This document shows positions 48,196 through 61,488 of a DNA stretch of 64,000 bases, one piece after another. The notes beneath the pieces are model-generated. The model was given only the letters and a program-made list of their open reading frames with translations. It ran no database searches and had not been told where the DNA came from. Source of the DNA: Ascidiella aspersa (lineage: Eukaryota); assembly GCA_963924565.1 (NCBI GenBank), contig OZ004612.1, forward strand, positions 12,276,001-12,340,000, written 5' to 3'. A program made the translations under genes and the position numbers. How positions within the stretch are numbered: the first letter of the stretch is position 1; each line of letters begins with the position of its first letter.

Positions 48196-48759
48196 TTGCT
48201 ACCGACTGTTGGAACTTTTGATACAGATGCAGTGCAATCTGGCACCTTTTGTTAGCAGACAACAATGATGCTGATATTTCAAGGCACAATCATGATACAA
48301 TGGTTGACTAAGCATCTTATTTGTTTGCAAACACTTTTTTAGCCCACAGTTGTGTTTGCTTGCATTTTAGGGGATTGTTACACAACTTACCAGCGTTTTA
48401 TATGTAAATTGTTGGTATAATGAGACTGTACCCTCCTTTTAGTAGTAAACAAGCATGAAAGTTAAGTTAATATTTTATTTTGTTCTAAAAATAGCATAAA
48501 GTATAAAATATCACAGTTAAAAAAAACGGAGTTCAAAAACACCCAAAATAGTACATCTAATGTGTCTAGTAGGAATTTTTTTTACACTTGATTTGGCAAA
48601 ATAATAGACTCCTTTAATCAACTTGAAAATGGTTAGAGTACTTGCATCTGGTTACTTTGAGGGCAACTATTAAGCAACACGGAAAATGCATATATGAATA
48701 TCAAAATGTGGAAGTAGAAATATAAATCCCGCACTGGGCTTCTACAAATTCATTGCGTT

Positions 48760-51700
48760 TCATACAGGAAAAATTGATCGCACTGTTTTTCCAATTTTGT
48801 TCCAATTCAGTGTTAAGAGAGCAGCACCTACAATAACGGGTTGTTAATTTGTTTACATACATAAGCAATTGAAGCGGGTATAAGTATTAGCTACAGATTA
48901 TAACCACTACATAACAATATGTTTAAAGCAGACAACTTTTGTAGCATGCTCCCAAATTTGAAATAGCTTACCAAGTGAAAAGTAAATGACCGTCAGCGCC
49001 CAAACGAGGTTATACTCGAATTCTCGTTCAGCCACAGTGTAAGATTGGTCGATGTAGAACACTTTCGTCAGGGGCAGAAGTAGCTCCGCCCAGCAGGTGG
49101 CGTCAGTAGAACAGCTGAAATATCAACTGAAGTTATCTGGTTTGTTTAGCGTTACTGTGAGAATACATAGCGGCATCTTAATGACGTTATTTTAACTAGA
49201 AGACACAAAATAGGCGTAACAATGTCAAACTTTTAGGGATTATAAAGTGAATTGCTATTTATCAATTTTTAATGGGATAAGTTAAAATAGTAACTTAAAA
49301 AACAAACAAAAGGTAACCGGGCTAAACTACTAATTTATGAAATACATATATTAGAGCAGTGGTCTTCAACCTTTTTAACAAGCGACCCCAATTTGAACAA
49401 AATGAAATCAGAATTAACTTCGCGACCCCATTTTTTGTCAGATACGAATAAAAATATTTCAATTACTGCTGCAACAAAGTAACGCGAGAGAATATGCGTA
49501 AATTATACACAATTCCAGAGAACCGTAACTAAACATGTGCACCAAAATGATTGCCGTTAGGAAGTTTAGTTTAACAAACAAACGAAACACAAAACTTTCA
49601 ATTTGTTTCAACAGTAAATTGCTTTAAAAGCTAAAAACAGCAATTCTATATGGCAGAAACGAAAGCTTTTCTCACCTATGCACTCACTCACGTTTATTAG
49701 TGTGACGTCATCGTAAAGAAAATGAATTACATAAATCGTACTAAAACGGTAGGAATATGATGAGTTATGGCGACCCCACAAAAATTTTAGGCGACCCTTT
49801 TTTTTAGGGGAATAAACAAAAAAAGAAAAAAATAAACTAAAAAATGATCTCCAACATTATGTTAAACTGAACTCCAACATTAATACAAAATGGGAACACA
49901 CAATTAGACCTACAAGTCAGCTCACAGTATCCAAAGCAGAATAATCTAAAATACCATGGCATCAAGACCAACTGCATTGTAATATCCACGAAAGAATAAT
50001 ATATACATCGTCTGAATAAGACCTAAACCTGTCGTAATACGTCCTTAATTCATCGTAATAGGGCCTAAAAGGCCAAAAAAACCCATGGAACTGTAGGTAA
50101 AGGGTATGGGACGGTCGGGAGCCATAGGTCTGGCATCGGCCGTTTTGGTATCGACGTTTGAACGTCCTAGTTTTGGGGGTAGTAAGGGGTAATGGTAGGG
50201 GCAAAAACTGGGTTAGGGTTAAAAACTGGGTTAGAGTTAAAATTATTAGGGGAGTTAATGACGTACTTAGGGGTCGGGTTTGGAGTTAGGCAAAAGATGT
50301 ATAGGCCCGATTAGGGTCATTTAGGTCTTATTCAGACGGATTAAGGACTTATTCTGATTTAGACGTAATACGACTATTAGGTCCTATTTTGGTCTTATTT
50401 TGAACTGTGTTTTATTCGTTGATATTGTTCTAATTTCGCTCTTATGGCTAGAGTCCATACAAGATATAAATAGGCTAGTTTAATCAAAGATAAGTTTAAT
50501 GATAGCCAATTTTTTCATATAGGCTTACTGTCATGAATAAACGTGATCTTTTCAAATCAAATTCTGACGGGCCAATAGCTCATACTTAGGAGGACACATT
50601 AGCTAAGTTGCATCCGCAATAAAAACATTTTTTTTAATTATACGCATAAAACTAACGTATGCTGTATACTATGCAAAGTAATGTACTGACTCCGAGGTCG
50701 AAGCACTTCCAGGTACGCTTGTGAAGCTGGCAGTGGAGTAGACGGCGAAACTCTCGGTGGTGACGTCATCTTGACAGGCACCGCCACTACATTGCAGCTT
50801 CCACGTCTCGCGCGTCCAGCTGAAAAACAAGATCCAAGCATAAAGCTAAGGCAAAACCGTACACGTCGCTTCAAATGAAACAAAGCCCTGGTTTACTTTT
50901 ACATGAGACCTACTGCAAGCCAATAGGTCGCTGTCTTAACTATTCGTTTATTGTAACTCGGTCTGTGGTTTACTGGGCCAAAATGTCTACTACGAATGTT
51001 ACGAACCATAGGGGCTCATCCAGTATTTGAACATCAAAGCTTTTCTATATGCATGGGAGCCAGCCTGATATATTTGATCAGAACAATGGACTGAAGGTCA
51101 TAGAAAATAAGGTTTGACGGCTCACAATCGGCCACAAAACTGTTTTGTCAAAAAAATGGGCAACGAAATAAAAAAAGTCCAGGTCAGTATAAACAACACA
51201 AAGCAAATCTAATCCGCTGTCAACGCAGTCGCACACCTTAACGGCAACAACTGTTTTACCTTATACGGGCGCCAACGATCTCGGTAACGGGAAATCCCCC
51301 GATCCTGCCAGACAGTGACGTCACGAACTCGATGTGCATCTGCGAAGGAATGTTGTCGCACTGGCCTAGGATAGTGTCGTTGCTGGCATTAGCGGCCGCA
51401 AGAGATCTGCATAGAAAAAAAAATTTTGCACTTAACTAATATTTCGACAACATTTTTGAAGATAAAAACATTTTTAGGGCAAAAATATTTTTTAACAAAC
51501 TCTTTACGCAAAATGCATACGCCGACGGTAAAAAGTGCTAAAAATTGTTTAATAGTGTTACAAATGCACCAATGGTTTAAAAAGCAGTAAATGAAGCCAA
51601 AGTAACTTATCCGCTGCGAATTATGGCTTGCTTTAGGTCAGGGTTACTTTAACTGGGGACCGTAGACCCCTTGGGGGTACTTAGGCTAGTTTAAGGGGAT

Positions 51701-52800
51701 CCAATAAAGGCCTACTTTAAATATTAGTGTACCGGTATTACTTAATTTTTTTTAAAAAGTTAAATTAAAATACACTTTGACGCCTTCTTAAATATATTTC
51801 GGCTTATTTTATTTTTACACATTTACCGAAAACAGTACGTTTCTTAGGTCCGCTTGTTGTACGACCTCAGTGTATGACGTCATATCTAAAAATTTCACGC
51901 CAACCCTGGTCCACGCGAACCCAAAACAGTTATTATTAGGGCAATTATTATTATATTTTTTTGATTTGGTCAAAGTTTACCTGTGAGGTTAAAATTTGTC
52001 GAAATTTTTTTCAAGTCAAAATCGACTAAAATGCAGATAAATCGTTTACAAAATAATAAAAACTACAGTCAGCTTTTTAAAAATGTCGTTCAGTTAAAAT
52101 TTCGTTAAACAACTGTAGTATTTAATTATATTCAACGATGTTTTAACTGTATTATATCTTTATTAGAGCAAATACGGTATACGCGTGACAGCAGAATTAA
52201 CCACTCAGGCCTAGTTTATCGAATTAGTTCCAGGTCGAACTTCGCTTGGACAAAAGTGTTGAACCGTATTTGCTGTCTTTTTTCGCTTGTGATTTGCAAT
52301 TATCTCATTTTCTATTTTGATAATTTACTGGGTCTCTGTTCATTTTCTGCAATTATATTTACCTTGTATTTGAACTGTTTACATAACATTTTTCTAAAAT
52401 AACCAGCGTCTTGCTTTTCTTGGAAATTTTAATAGTGTTTTGTCTTTTTGAAACATTTTGTGTTAGACCGGTAGTCAGTAAAACTCACACGCACGCAAGC
52501 TCGTACACATATAAAACGTTACGGAAAGTTGAAAATCAAAAAAAAAACATCAGCAGAAGCACACTCACCCAACCACCGAAATCCACTCGTCGGCGACAAA
52601 GGTCGTCCTGTTCGGACTTCCGTATCTCGACACCAGGTTGACGCCGGCGACCAGCGCGCGCTGATTGGCCTCGACCGCGGCGCGTAGACCGCTGCAGTTA
52701 CGGAACTCGGACAACGAGACGCGAAGAAGACATCCGGAGGTCGTGTCCTGGCCGTAAGGTGGCGCCGCCGTGCGGCTGTCGGCACAAAGGCCGCTTGCGC
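48760..52800 (-). CDS. TCTN2: Tectonic family ciliary transition-zone protein, TCTN2-like, last five coding exons (52800-52569, 51406-51260, 50819-50691, 49114-48972, 48827-48760)
   Basis: GLCADS...YGQDTTSGCLL...NCSGLR...EWISV; QCDNIPSQMHIEF...EIVGARI; WKLQCSGGAC...STASF; CSTDATCWAELLLPLT, then a hydrophobic TM segment (LVWALTVIYFSLGAALLTL) and short tail. This matches the recalled TCTN2 C-terminal cysteine pattern; phases are consistent. Confidence 0.85.
49357..49800. mobile_element. hAT MITE remnant (GCGACCC = reverse GGGTCGC family), right TIR lost
   Basis: CAGTGGTCTTCAACC end plus four GCGACCC motifs. Confidence 0.65.
49981..50426. mobile_element. Palindromic non-autonomous element with GGTTAG(G) tract
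   Basis: 19-bp perfect IR 50009-50027 / 50320-50338; outer IR AATATC(C/A)ACGAA; central GGGTTAGGGTT repeats. Confidence 0.55.
51639..51720. mobile_element. hAT MITE end fragment (GGACCCC family)
   Basis: CAGGGTTACTTTAACTGGGGACCGTAGACCCCTTGGGGG matches the reverse complement of the 15200-15234 end. Confidence 0.6.
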
Positions 52801-54990
52801 CTGGCGAAAGAATTAATCAAGTTGGTTAGACCAGAACACCAAAGTTGTTTAAGTCAACCTTTAAGTTCCTTTAAGTCCATTGTGTCTTGCTGGGATTCTA
52901 TGTCAGTCGCTGTTTTTTATCGTTAATATTTTATGAAAATTGATTGAAATTAGGTATTTTCGACTCTTTTATTAGCTACCCACTTTGGCCTTATTGGCCT
53001 CGAACTTTACTTAACAAAGGAACTGTCGTTAGGATTTGATTACCACTTAACTTGAAAGGTATAGGTAAAAAAACTTGACGGCTATGGGATAAAATATTAT
53101 AAACACAGGTAAACACGGGGTACTAATGTAACTTGACATGAAATCAAACCCTTACGTTTTGATTAGCTGTTTGTAAAGAAACAAAAAAGAATAACCCTCC
53201 TACGCAAAGCTAAACTCTCGCGACATTGAAGTTGTTCTTGAAGAAATAGGTTGCATTGTATGCTTGGTTTTAAATAATCTTTAATTAATCCAACCGATGT
53301 CGAGGTAATCTGGTCTTATTTTCAATGTCAGTCGAAAAAACTATTTTCTGGACGTTTTCAGTGATAGTTTGGTGATGTTCGTCATATACATCGCCCAAGA
53401 AGAAGCAATCATTGACACGTTCAGCATAGACAGCTCGAGACTATAGCACAACAGTGCGTGTTTTCTCTGTCATATTAAAGTTGGCGGTCACAACGTTTAA
53501 TGCAAATTGCCACAAAACATAGCAAATAAATCAGGGCAAAGCAATCATGTGACTTAAAGTAACATCCCAAATTTATGAAGGATTGTATCGTTGCACAAAG
53601 AAGTGTACTGCTGGGATAGGCGCGCAAATTAGCGTGAATCATTTACAGGAAGTGTGTGGTGACTGGTGAATTTAAACAAAACAACGGAAAAAGTGTATTT
53701 CTCATCGTTGCGCTATAAAACGTGGATTTAAGGTGCTATATTATATTAGTTATCGGCGCCAATATAAGTAGTTATCGGCGCCAACACAGTAAAGCTGAGG
53801 AATTATCGGCGCCTGAACAGATCAAGAATATTCCTGCACGAAAAACACATAAACACCAATTCTCCCACTTGTAAAGATGCAGCTACCCGAGCACAGAAGA
53901 ATCGCCGCATATCTCGTACGATCCTCTGCTTCATATAAGCGTGATTTATGAATTGGAAAAAACATACTTGCTGTGGCTTACGTAACAAAGCCGGTATGTT
54001 ACGTCGTAAACTTAGTGAAGTGTTAGTCAATTCTCCTGCGGTCCAATAAATGTCAATCTCAAGTGAACGACTCCGACGTTTCTCCATTTTAAAAGTACTA
54101 TAGCTTAAGGAAACTTAACGAGAAAGCACGTTAATTTACTTTTCCTATATTTATTCGGTTTTTAAGGGAAGGTAATGATTTGGTTTAAAAGAGAAGACAT
54201 TGAGAGCAGTTAGCACATGGCATAGATCCTAAATCGTTATTGTATCCTATCCTAAAGCTGATTTTTAAAATCTCCAAACCAAAAAAATAAATGAATTGGT
54301 CCGTTTTCTACATTTATATATATAAGTTCGCTATAGACTCACAGCAGTTTACGTGTGTATGTTTTGTACCACAGGTTTTTCAAGCTATTCTGTGCGAAAT
54401 TCTTTGCACAATAAAATGGCGTCCATTTTGTAACAGCAAGATACCGTTGTACACGAACTGTTGGCTTGTTGGGTCTGTCTAATCACCCACAGTGGAAATT
54501 GATTTAAAAAATATAACACTAAATAAGTCTAGGCGATCGTTAATTTTTTGTAGCTTTAAAACAACCCCGAAAACTGTAAAATCATGCGAAAAGAAGCTTA
54601 AACGCAGGGCTCACAAACTGTTGGACAGTGATATGCGAACGCACGGTTGATGGTCAACATTTCATTAAACGGAGATTATAAGGTGCGGGTTACGTGTTCC
54701 TCCAAACTTTTGCTGCGTACAAGGTTCCAAATATGGATAAAACAAGGAGTAACCAGGTCGACACGGGCTAGATTTAGCCAATTCGCCCTTTCCGAACAAC
54801 GAATGTTTGGTGTGTTCACATGCGCATGTTGCGAGGCGACACAACTTCTTGATCGAGTTGCGAGCGTTTGACGTTAATATGGCGATTTGCTCGCGGTGCT
54901 TAATCTTCTTTTAAAACGGCTGTGATAAAAATAGCCCAACAAAATGTCAGCGCAGCCGGATTCAACTATAAACCTAAAGTTTGCACAAGA

Positions 54991-55306
54991 CAGTGATTCG
55001 CAACCTTTTTTGGTTTACGGCACCCTATAGAAAGTACATATAGTTCGCGGCACCCTTGCTCGTATTTTTGCTGAGTGGGTAACTGTAACGTTACAATAAA
55101 CGAGGTAGAAACAACACATTAACTGTGAAACAAGGTTGAAAAAAATATTTTAATTTTAACACGTTTATCGTATGCAAAAAATTGTATTAAGAAGCTTACT
55201 AATTGAGCGAAAATTTGAATCCTAAAGAATTTGAAATATCTCTCGGCACCCTTAAGCGTTAAAAATGGCACCCTAGAGTGCCAGGCACCCTGGTTGAGAG
55301 CCACTG
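54991..55306. mobile_element. hAT MITE (GGGTGCCG family, reverse orientation)
   Basis: TIR CAGTGATTCGCAACC / GGTTGAGAGCCACTG; GGCACCC repeats; near-TSD gcacaaga/cactaaga. Confidence 0.82.
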
Positions 55307-56980
55307 CACTAAGACAATATAGAAAAGCTGGATTTTGATGACAATGCTTTGAGTGTTAAATCAAATTGACTTAGTTTGCTTTTGCGCGTTCACTTTCGCC
55401 CAAATATAGTATTACCTACTAATTTTATACCGAATCAAGATAACTCAAACATATAATGCCTAAAAAAAATCAAAGTATTATGATACAATTAATAAATATA
55501 AGCCAAAAATTAACCATTTTAGGCGAATGTAAACAAGAAAATTATATGTATAAATTTTCTATTTTGTTTTAAATAGACATTTTTTTCGTCTATGAAAATA
55601 CGAATTTTCTATTTATACCAATAACGATTGGTTACCAAAGACAGCGGGATGCATCTTAACTAATAAAAGGCAAATGTAACTCGCGACAGTTTCACAAGTA
55701 AAATGGCCGACGTTCAATTTCGCTCAATAAACCTACCGTAAAGTTTGGGCTATCAACAAATACACGTCAGACGGATTATAGTACACAAACGACAAACGTA
55801 CATTGTATTTTGAGTGCAATACACAGAATTAAAAAGACGAGCCTGTTTCGTTATTTATTGTTACTAATTTAGTTGTATTATGCTTTCTTGGCCTCGCATC
55901 GCAATTTACCTTTATTTTAATTGCCTTTCACCTTTGGCTGTTTACAGTTTTAGCGTGATAGGCCAACTTCGCAACCATTTAGGTTTCAATTCACGGTTTC
56001 TCACAAAATATATGACATATACCGCGGAAAACGAGGCTGATATGTAACAATTTCAAGGCAAAAAAAAAACACAAGCAGAAAGCAACTTTACAAAGTATAC
56101 TGCAGGTTTCACTGGGAAATTCCAAAATGCGTGAAATACAGTAAAAAAAATACAAAAAAGTAACAATCTGGCCACTATGAAGCCAATAACAAGAAGCAGA
56201 AATCCTGATATTTGTGCGAATGGAGATTTTTTCGGAGATGTTTCAAAGAGCAACGCGGACCCGGTACGGACAGTCATGCGTTTGCGTGATTCATCAATCA
56301 ATAGCAAGAAGACAATGAATTCGTGCTGCACGACCGCAAACAATCGACAATCGAAGACGGGCATGCATCGATTATGGTATAATCACCGAGATTTCTTTTG
56401 GAGCGGCGAAAAGTACCTGATTAGGCGGGTAATCCGCTGGGCAAGGCACAACTCTTTGGGAACTGAAGCGGCGTCGGTGTTCGTTTTTACGTGCGCTCGC
56501 AAGGTTAATGCTTTTGTTAGGAAATAAATGTCTAATATGAACGCCTTCGCAAACACAAACAAATTGCTCGTGATTATTGACAATTTGCCTAATGGGCCGC
56601 TTTTACGGAAAAGGTCTAAGGGTCCAGATTGGTTTCAATTCTAGAGTCGCAAAAAACATTATATCTTGTCAACGGTATAATAAAATTGCTTTGAAAACAG
56701 GTACAAGTTTTCAATACAAATACCGCAGTAGGTTGTCAAATTTACAAACGCAAACTTTCGACCTTTGCGCGTGATTTATCAAACTGTTTAGTTACCGGGC
56801 GAGTTGCTGTTGATTGTTTGCACAAAAGCGTGACACGAGCACAAAGCCCGAATCCGTGCGCCAAAAAGCCAAATCCGGCAAAAAATATAAACCTTGAGCG
56901 AAAAACATCGAGCCGCCATCAATGCAGGCATCCAACAGAGTTGCTGCTGCTGCGAGATTAAGCGCACGCGATCTGCACCA

Positions 56981-56997
56981 GGGTCAGTCCAAGGTCA
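56981..56997 (+). promoter_or_regulatory. DR5 nuclear-receptor element (RARE consensus)
   Basis: GGGTCA-gtcca-AGGTCA, exact RGKTCA-N5-RGKTCA match. Confidence 0.45.
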
Positions 56998-57481
56998 GAG
57001 AGCGTCCTTTGACGGACAGCGCTTTACCGCGAAAACTGGATTAGGCGATGGCGTTCCAGCCTAAGGCGTTTACAGCAGAGGCCCGTATAAGACGTTAAAA
57101 CGGGGGTTATTATATCGTTTTTAAGAAGGGGTCATTACGACTGACGCTCAATAGGCCAAGGCGCTGATTGCGAGGTAAAAATAACGAGACAAGCGCCTTT
57201 CAATTATAACTCGAAGGCGTCGGTTCGAATAGAGAGACGTTCGCTCACAACGGAAGTCGACCTCCTTTTACGGACGCTTGCGGTCGCCTTTGCTTCATAC
57301 CCGGATCACTTTTGTTCTTTCGTAACGAGCAAAAAAAAAAGCGTTAGCGTTTCATACTCGCGACAGGCCGGATATGACGAACGTAAATGGCGGAAACCGG
57401 GCAAGACCGGATTTTAGAGCATTTCTATCTTTCAAAATAAAGGTTAAACCTTAAGAAAAGTTGTCTGGACATGTTCAATAA

Positions 57482-57742
57482 TAGGTATGTCCGATACTTG
57501 AAATTTTATTCCGATACCGATACCACGATTCGATACGATACCAAACGACGTCATTGTTATGTTGCAACACGCAAAATAGGTAAAATTATAACTTTTGATC
57601 AATTAGCCTTTCAAATTAGAATCGCACGATCGCAAATCATGGCTGAAATTCCCATATTAATTTGTTTTTTATGGTGACGGATACCACCCTTATCGGAAGA
57701 GTAACGATACTACTAATTGGTATCGCCCATCGGTCATACCCA
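57482..57742. mobile_element. hAT (Ac-like) MITE with CGATAC subterminal repeats
   Basis: TIR TAGGTATGTCCGAT / ATCGGTCATACCCA; TSD ttcaataa/tacaataa. Confidence 0.8.
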
Positions 57743-60700
57743 TACAATAAAAAGGGCTACGTTTTGATTAGATGACAAACCGTCAGCCTGAAGCAGGTTA
57801 TTTAACTAAAAAAACGTAGCAATGTTATAACAAGCTGGTTGGCGCAAGCATTGCGACAAAGAAAGGGGTATTTGCAACTCGATCTCCACCAACAGGATAT
57901 CACCCGATGGGTTAAAACACAAAAACTGCCTGATTGCCAACATACAGTATTAAGATTTCTAGGAACTAATCCATCGTTTCCGCGTAACGAAATTATCAGC
58001 CAAATAAGTTGCAACGAAACGTGTACTGCGTGTACTTTGAAGCACCAATTATTCTAATGCAATCGTCGCAAAATGTAATCGCCCATTTGGCAATTGGCGG
58101 TTTTATTTTTGTCCCACAAGAATTTGTCACGCAAACGGCTCTAGGCAATTTTTGCAGGGAATTTTTTTCAGATACTTTCGAGTTTGTTGACGAAGCCATA
58201 CTACAAAAGAAGCCAGCCTATATTCCAAAAACAATTTGCGTGCTAAACAGGGTAATGGTAGCCCAATAAAGGAGCCATCTGCCTTCGAGTGGCTTTTCGA
58301 AAAACAGCAGAACTCCAAAAGGAAGTTCGCGGCCAACTAAACGTCAAAAAATGGCGCATATCCCTTTGGCCTATTAGCAGTGACGCAGCAGATTTGCGCC
58401 GGCCAAAATGTGAAGAGCGGCTACAAAACCTTTACAGGAGTTTTGCGCGTGATGCTATGTTTGGCTGAAAAATCTATTTTACCTTTTTTGAGCTATTTAT
58501 TAGCAAATGAGCGTTGGGGATATTTTATTCCTAATTTAGCACTGGAACTGGAAATCGAATTATCCAAGATATGGAAAGTTTGCGAAAACGCTTGTAGATT
58601 TATTTATGAACTGGGCAACATCTATGAGCACTACATATCACACACACATATACATACTGTATATATATATATAATATTGCATCATAAATCTTGTTCAACT
58701 GAAAAAAAAATTAAAAGCAGTACAAGATTCTACGTCAGTTAAGAAACATGAGTTCCACATAACCACGCTTATCTTCCTGTATGGCATTGCGGCTCCTTAA
58801 ACCCAATTCAACCTCAATCGCTATTTAAAATAAAACAAAGTTTAAACGCTTACAAATCAAAATCGATTGACTTTTACGTCCAATTACATTTTAGCTGAAA
58901 CGTCGACCAATATATAAAACGTTTCAGCTTATGTCAGAAAAAAAAACATTGCATCAAACCACAACATCAGCGGCTTTTCGATGTTCAAGAAAATTCAAAT
59001 AACGATAAGCGACAAGTTTATATTTCACTTAGTTTACATATAAGCGAAGCAATGACCTTTGTCCAAGCGACCGTTGGTGGTCTGATTGGTGAAATTATTT
59101 TTAGTCGCCCGCAACAAAGTTTGCGTAAATATTTGCACTGACCAGGTCACTGTAGTATAAATAGACTATGAGCTTGGCAATGAAAAAAACGATGCGAACG
59201 AACTTCAACTAAATGTTATGGGCCAGTATTTAACCGATAAAACAAGTTAGTTTTAAATCTACTTTAAAGAGTTCTTCTTTCTTAATATTAGTAATTTTTG
59301 GTTGGGAAGTGAATTTTTTTACAAGATTCACTTAATCATTTGCTAGTAGGATTTGTATACGCGCAAGTGATTTTGATAAAAATAAATTAAACGTAACCCT
59401 GATGCGAATATCCTCAATTTAATCGAGTTCCGTTTTTCGATCAAATGAATTCGATAAAGCATCCTATTTTACTTAAGAAATAACACGACACAAGAAGGGC
59501 GAATCCCGGAAAACGCCTCTTAAAATCCGCACAGGCTGCAAATTACAAGTAAACCGTCAGCAGAACTTGAAAAATTCCCGGACCGCGACGTTTATTCGGT
59601 CTCTTAAACGTGGGGCGTGGTAGGATAATAGCCTGTATAGTTTACATTAGCGATTTCAAATCAGCAACTCCACATTTTCCATTAATACCGCAGCCGCTTT
59701 CTTCAATCTTTAGCCGGAACCCTTTAAAGAACCCGATTTCGCGTTTCGCCAAGACCGAATTTAGAGCATCTGGCCCGATTTTACTGTTCTCCCACCCAGA
59801 TGAACATTTTCGCTTGTTTGAGCATACTTCAACGGTATAGCAGCGATTCTCAACCGGTGAACGCCGAGTTCTTTCAGGCAACCGTGTTATTGTTACTGCC
59901 AATTTATATTTTTGATGTGATTATGTCAAATCAAGGGTGGTAATGGTGCAGATTCAAAACGAAATCAATCTCTGCAGAACATGCAACAAGTTTTGCGATC
60001 CAACGTATAGTTTTCCCCATTAAAAGGTAAATTTTGAATAAAGTTTTACATTAAATTCCTATAAGGACGAATAGGCTTTCCCACGCAAAAGAAAATTTAG
60101 GCCGAACATCCTGAAAATTATTACAATTTCACTTATTAATTTGATAAATATTATAGATTGCCTTGTAGTAAATGTGACATATGGCATCAGATCGGGTCAC
60201 GGTAATTTTTGCCAAAAATATCGCATGTCGGTATAGAATATAAAACCAAGGCAAAAAAGTTTTTAGTATAGTGGACCGCGAGTTGCAAAAGGGCGAGAAG
60301 CACCAAACGATAGCAATTTTCCGGCCAAAGAAAAGAAATTTAAAGAAAGAAAGTTTTGGCCGCCAGTTTTGGCCAGAATATGCTGACTATAGAGCTCGTA
60401 AGTCGCACGACCACATGTAAAGTTGGAGAGTTCTTAAGTGGAAAAATCGAAACTGCTCGCGATTATCGGATTGCGGAGAAGGACTGAGTCGGGCGTGGCC
60501 GATTATCCGATTGAAACCGACTTGTAATTTAGAGTGGCTAATGGCGTAACGTGATCCTGCCGATGACGAAATTATTACAACAAGACTTTTTATATATAAC
60601 CCAAAAATTCGACCTTTTAGTTTAAACAAAAAAAACTATGTTTAACGACCATTATAAAAAAGGTATAATAAAGGTTTGCTGAAATTTTCAGGAAATGCAG

Positions 60701-61488
60701 TTTTGATATCACAATATCATTTAAAGATGATTTTGAAAAAAGATTTATCCATTTAATAGTACGATGCTCTGTCGTTTTCTAGAAAAAGATTGTAAAACGC
60801 ATTGCAGTTGGCGCCACTGGTTCTCTGATAGTTTTAAATATTTATTACAAAGATAAGCATTTTTTTCATTGACAATGTTACTAGTTTTTATCGTGTATAT
60901 CTTGAAATCAAATACGCGTTTTTAGAAATGTCACTTAAAACGGAATATATGTCCATGGAAAGTATAAACCTAAGTCGCCCTCGACAGGCACCTAAACAAT
61001 TTCACATTACAATGTAATTTGAAGATGATTGGAATGTTATTAAACGTAGATTCACGTTGCCGCAACAGGATTTGGAAATGTTTAGATTCCGATTTGATTT
61101 GACTTAAAGCGTCTCTCTAGGCCGCTTATTTACCCAATAAATCCTGTTTTACTGACAGCTTTGCAATGAAACGCACCTTAACATCGTATATGCGATACTA
61201 ACCTCCTTGTACGACATGCACCATCAACTTGAAACAATGTCAACGTTACCTCCGTATGACGTGCAAGTAATCCGTATCACTCCCAATTACGTAACGCCCC
61301 ATATTTGGCGATGAATATTACGAGTAAAGGCGTTTTATTACGAGTATTTCGAGTAAAAGAAAAACAACTTCTCAACAAGGTTTGAACATAAAAACTACAC
61401 AATAAGTTGAATTATTTTTAAAACGCTTGTTAATCTTTTTAAAACGCTTTTTAATCATTGCGGTTGTTCAAACTTAAATCATCTAAAG

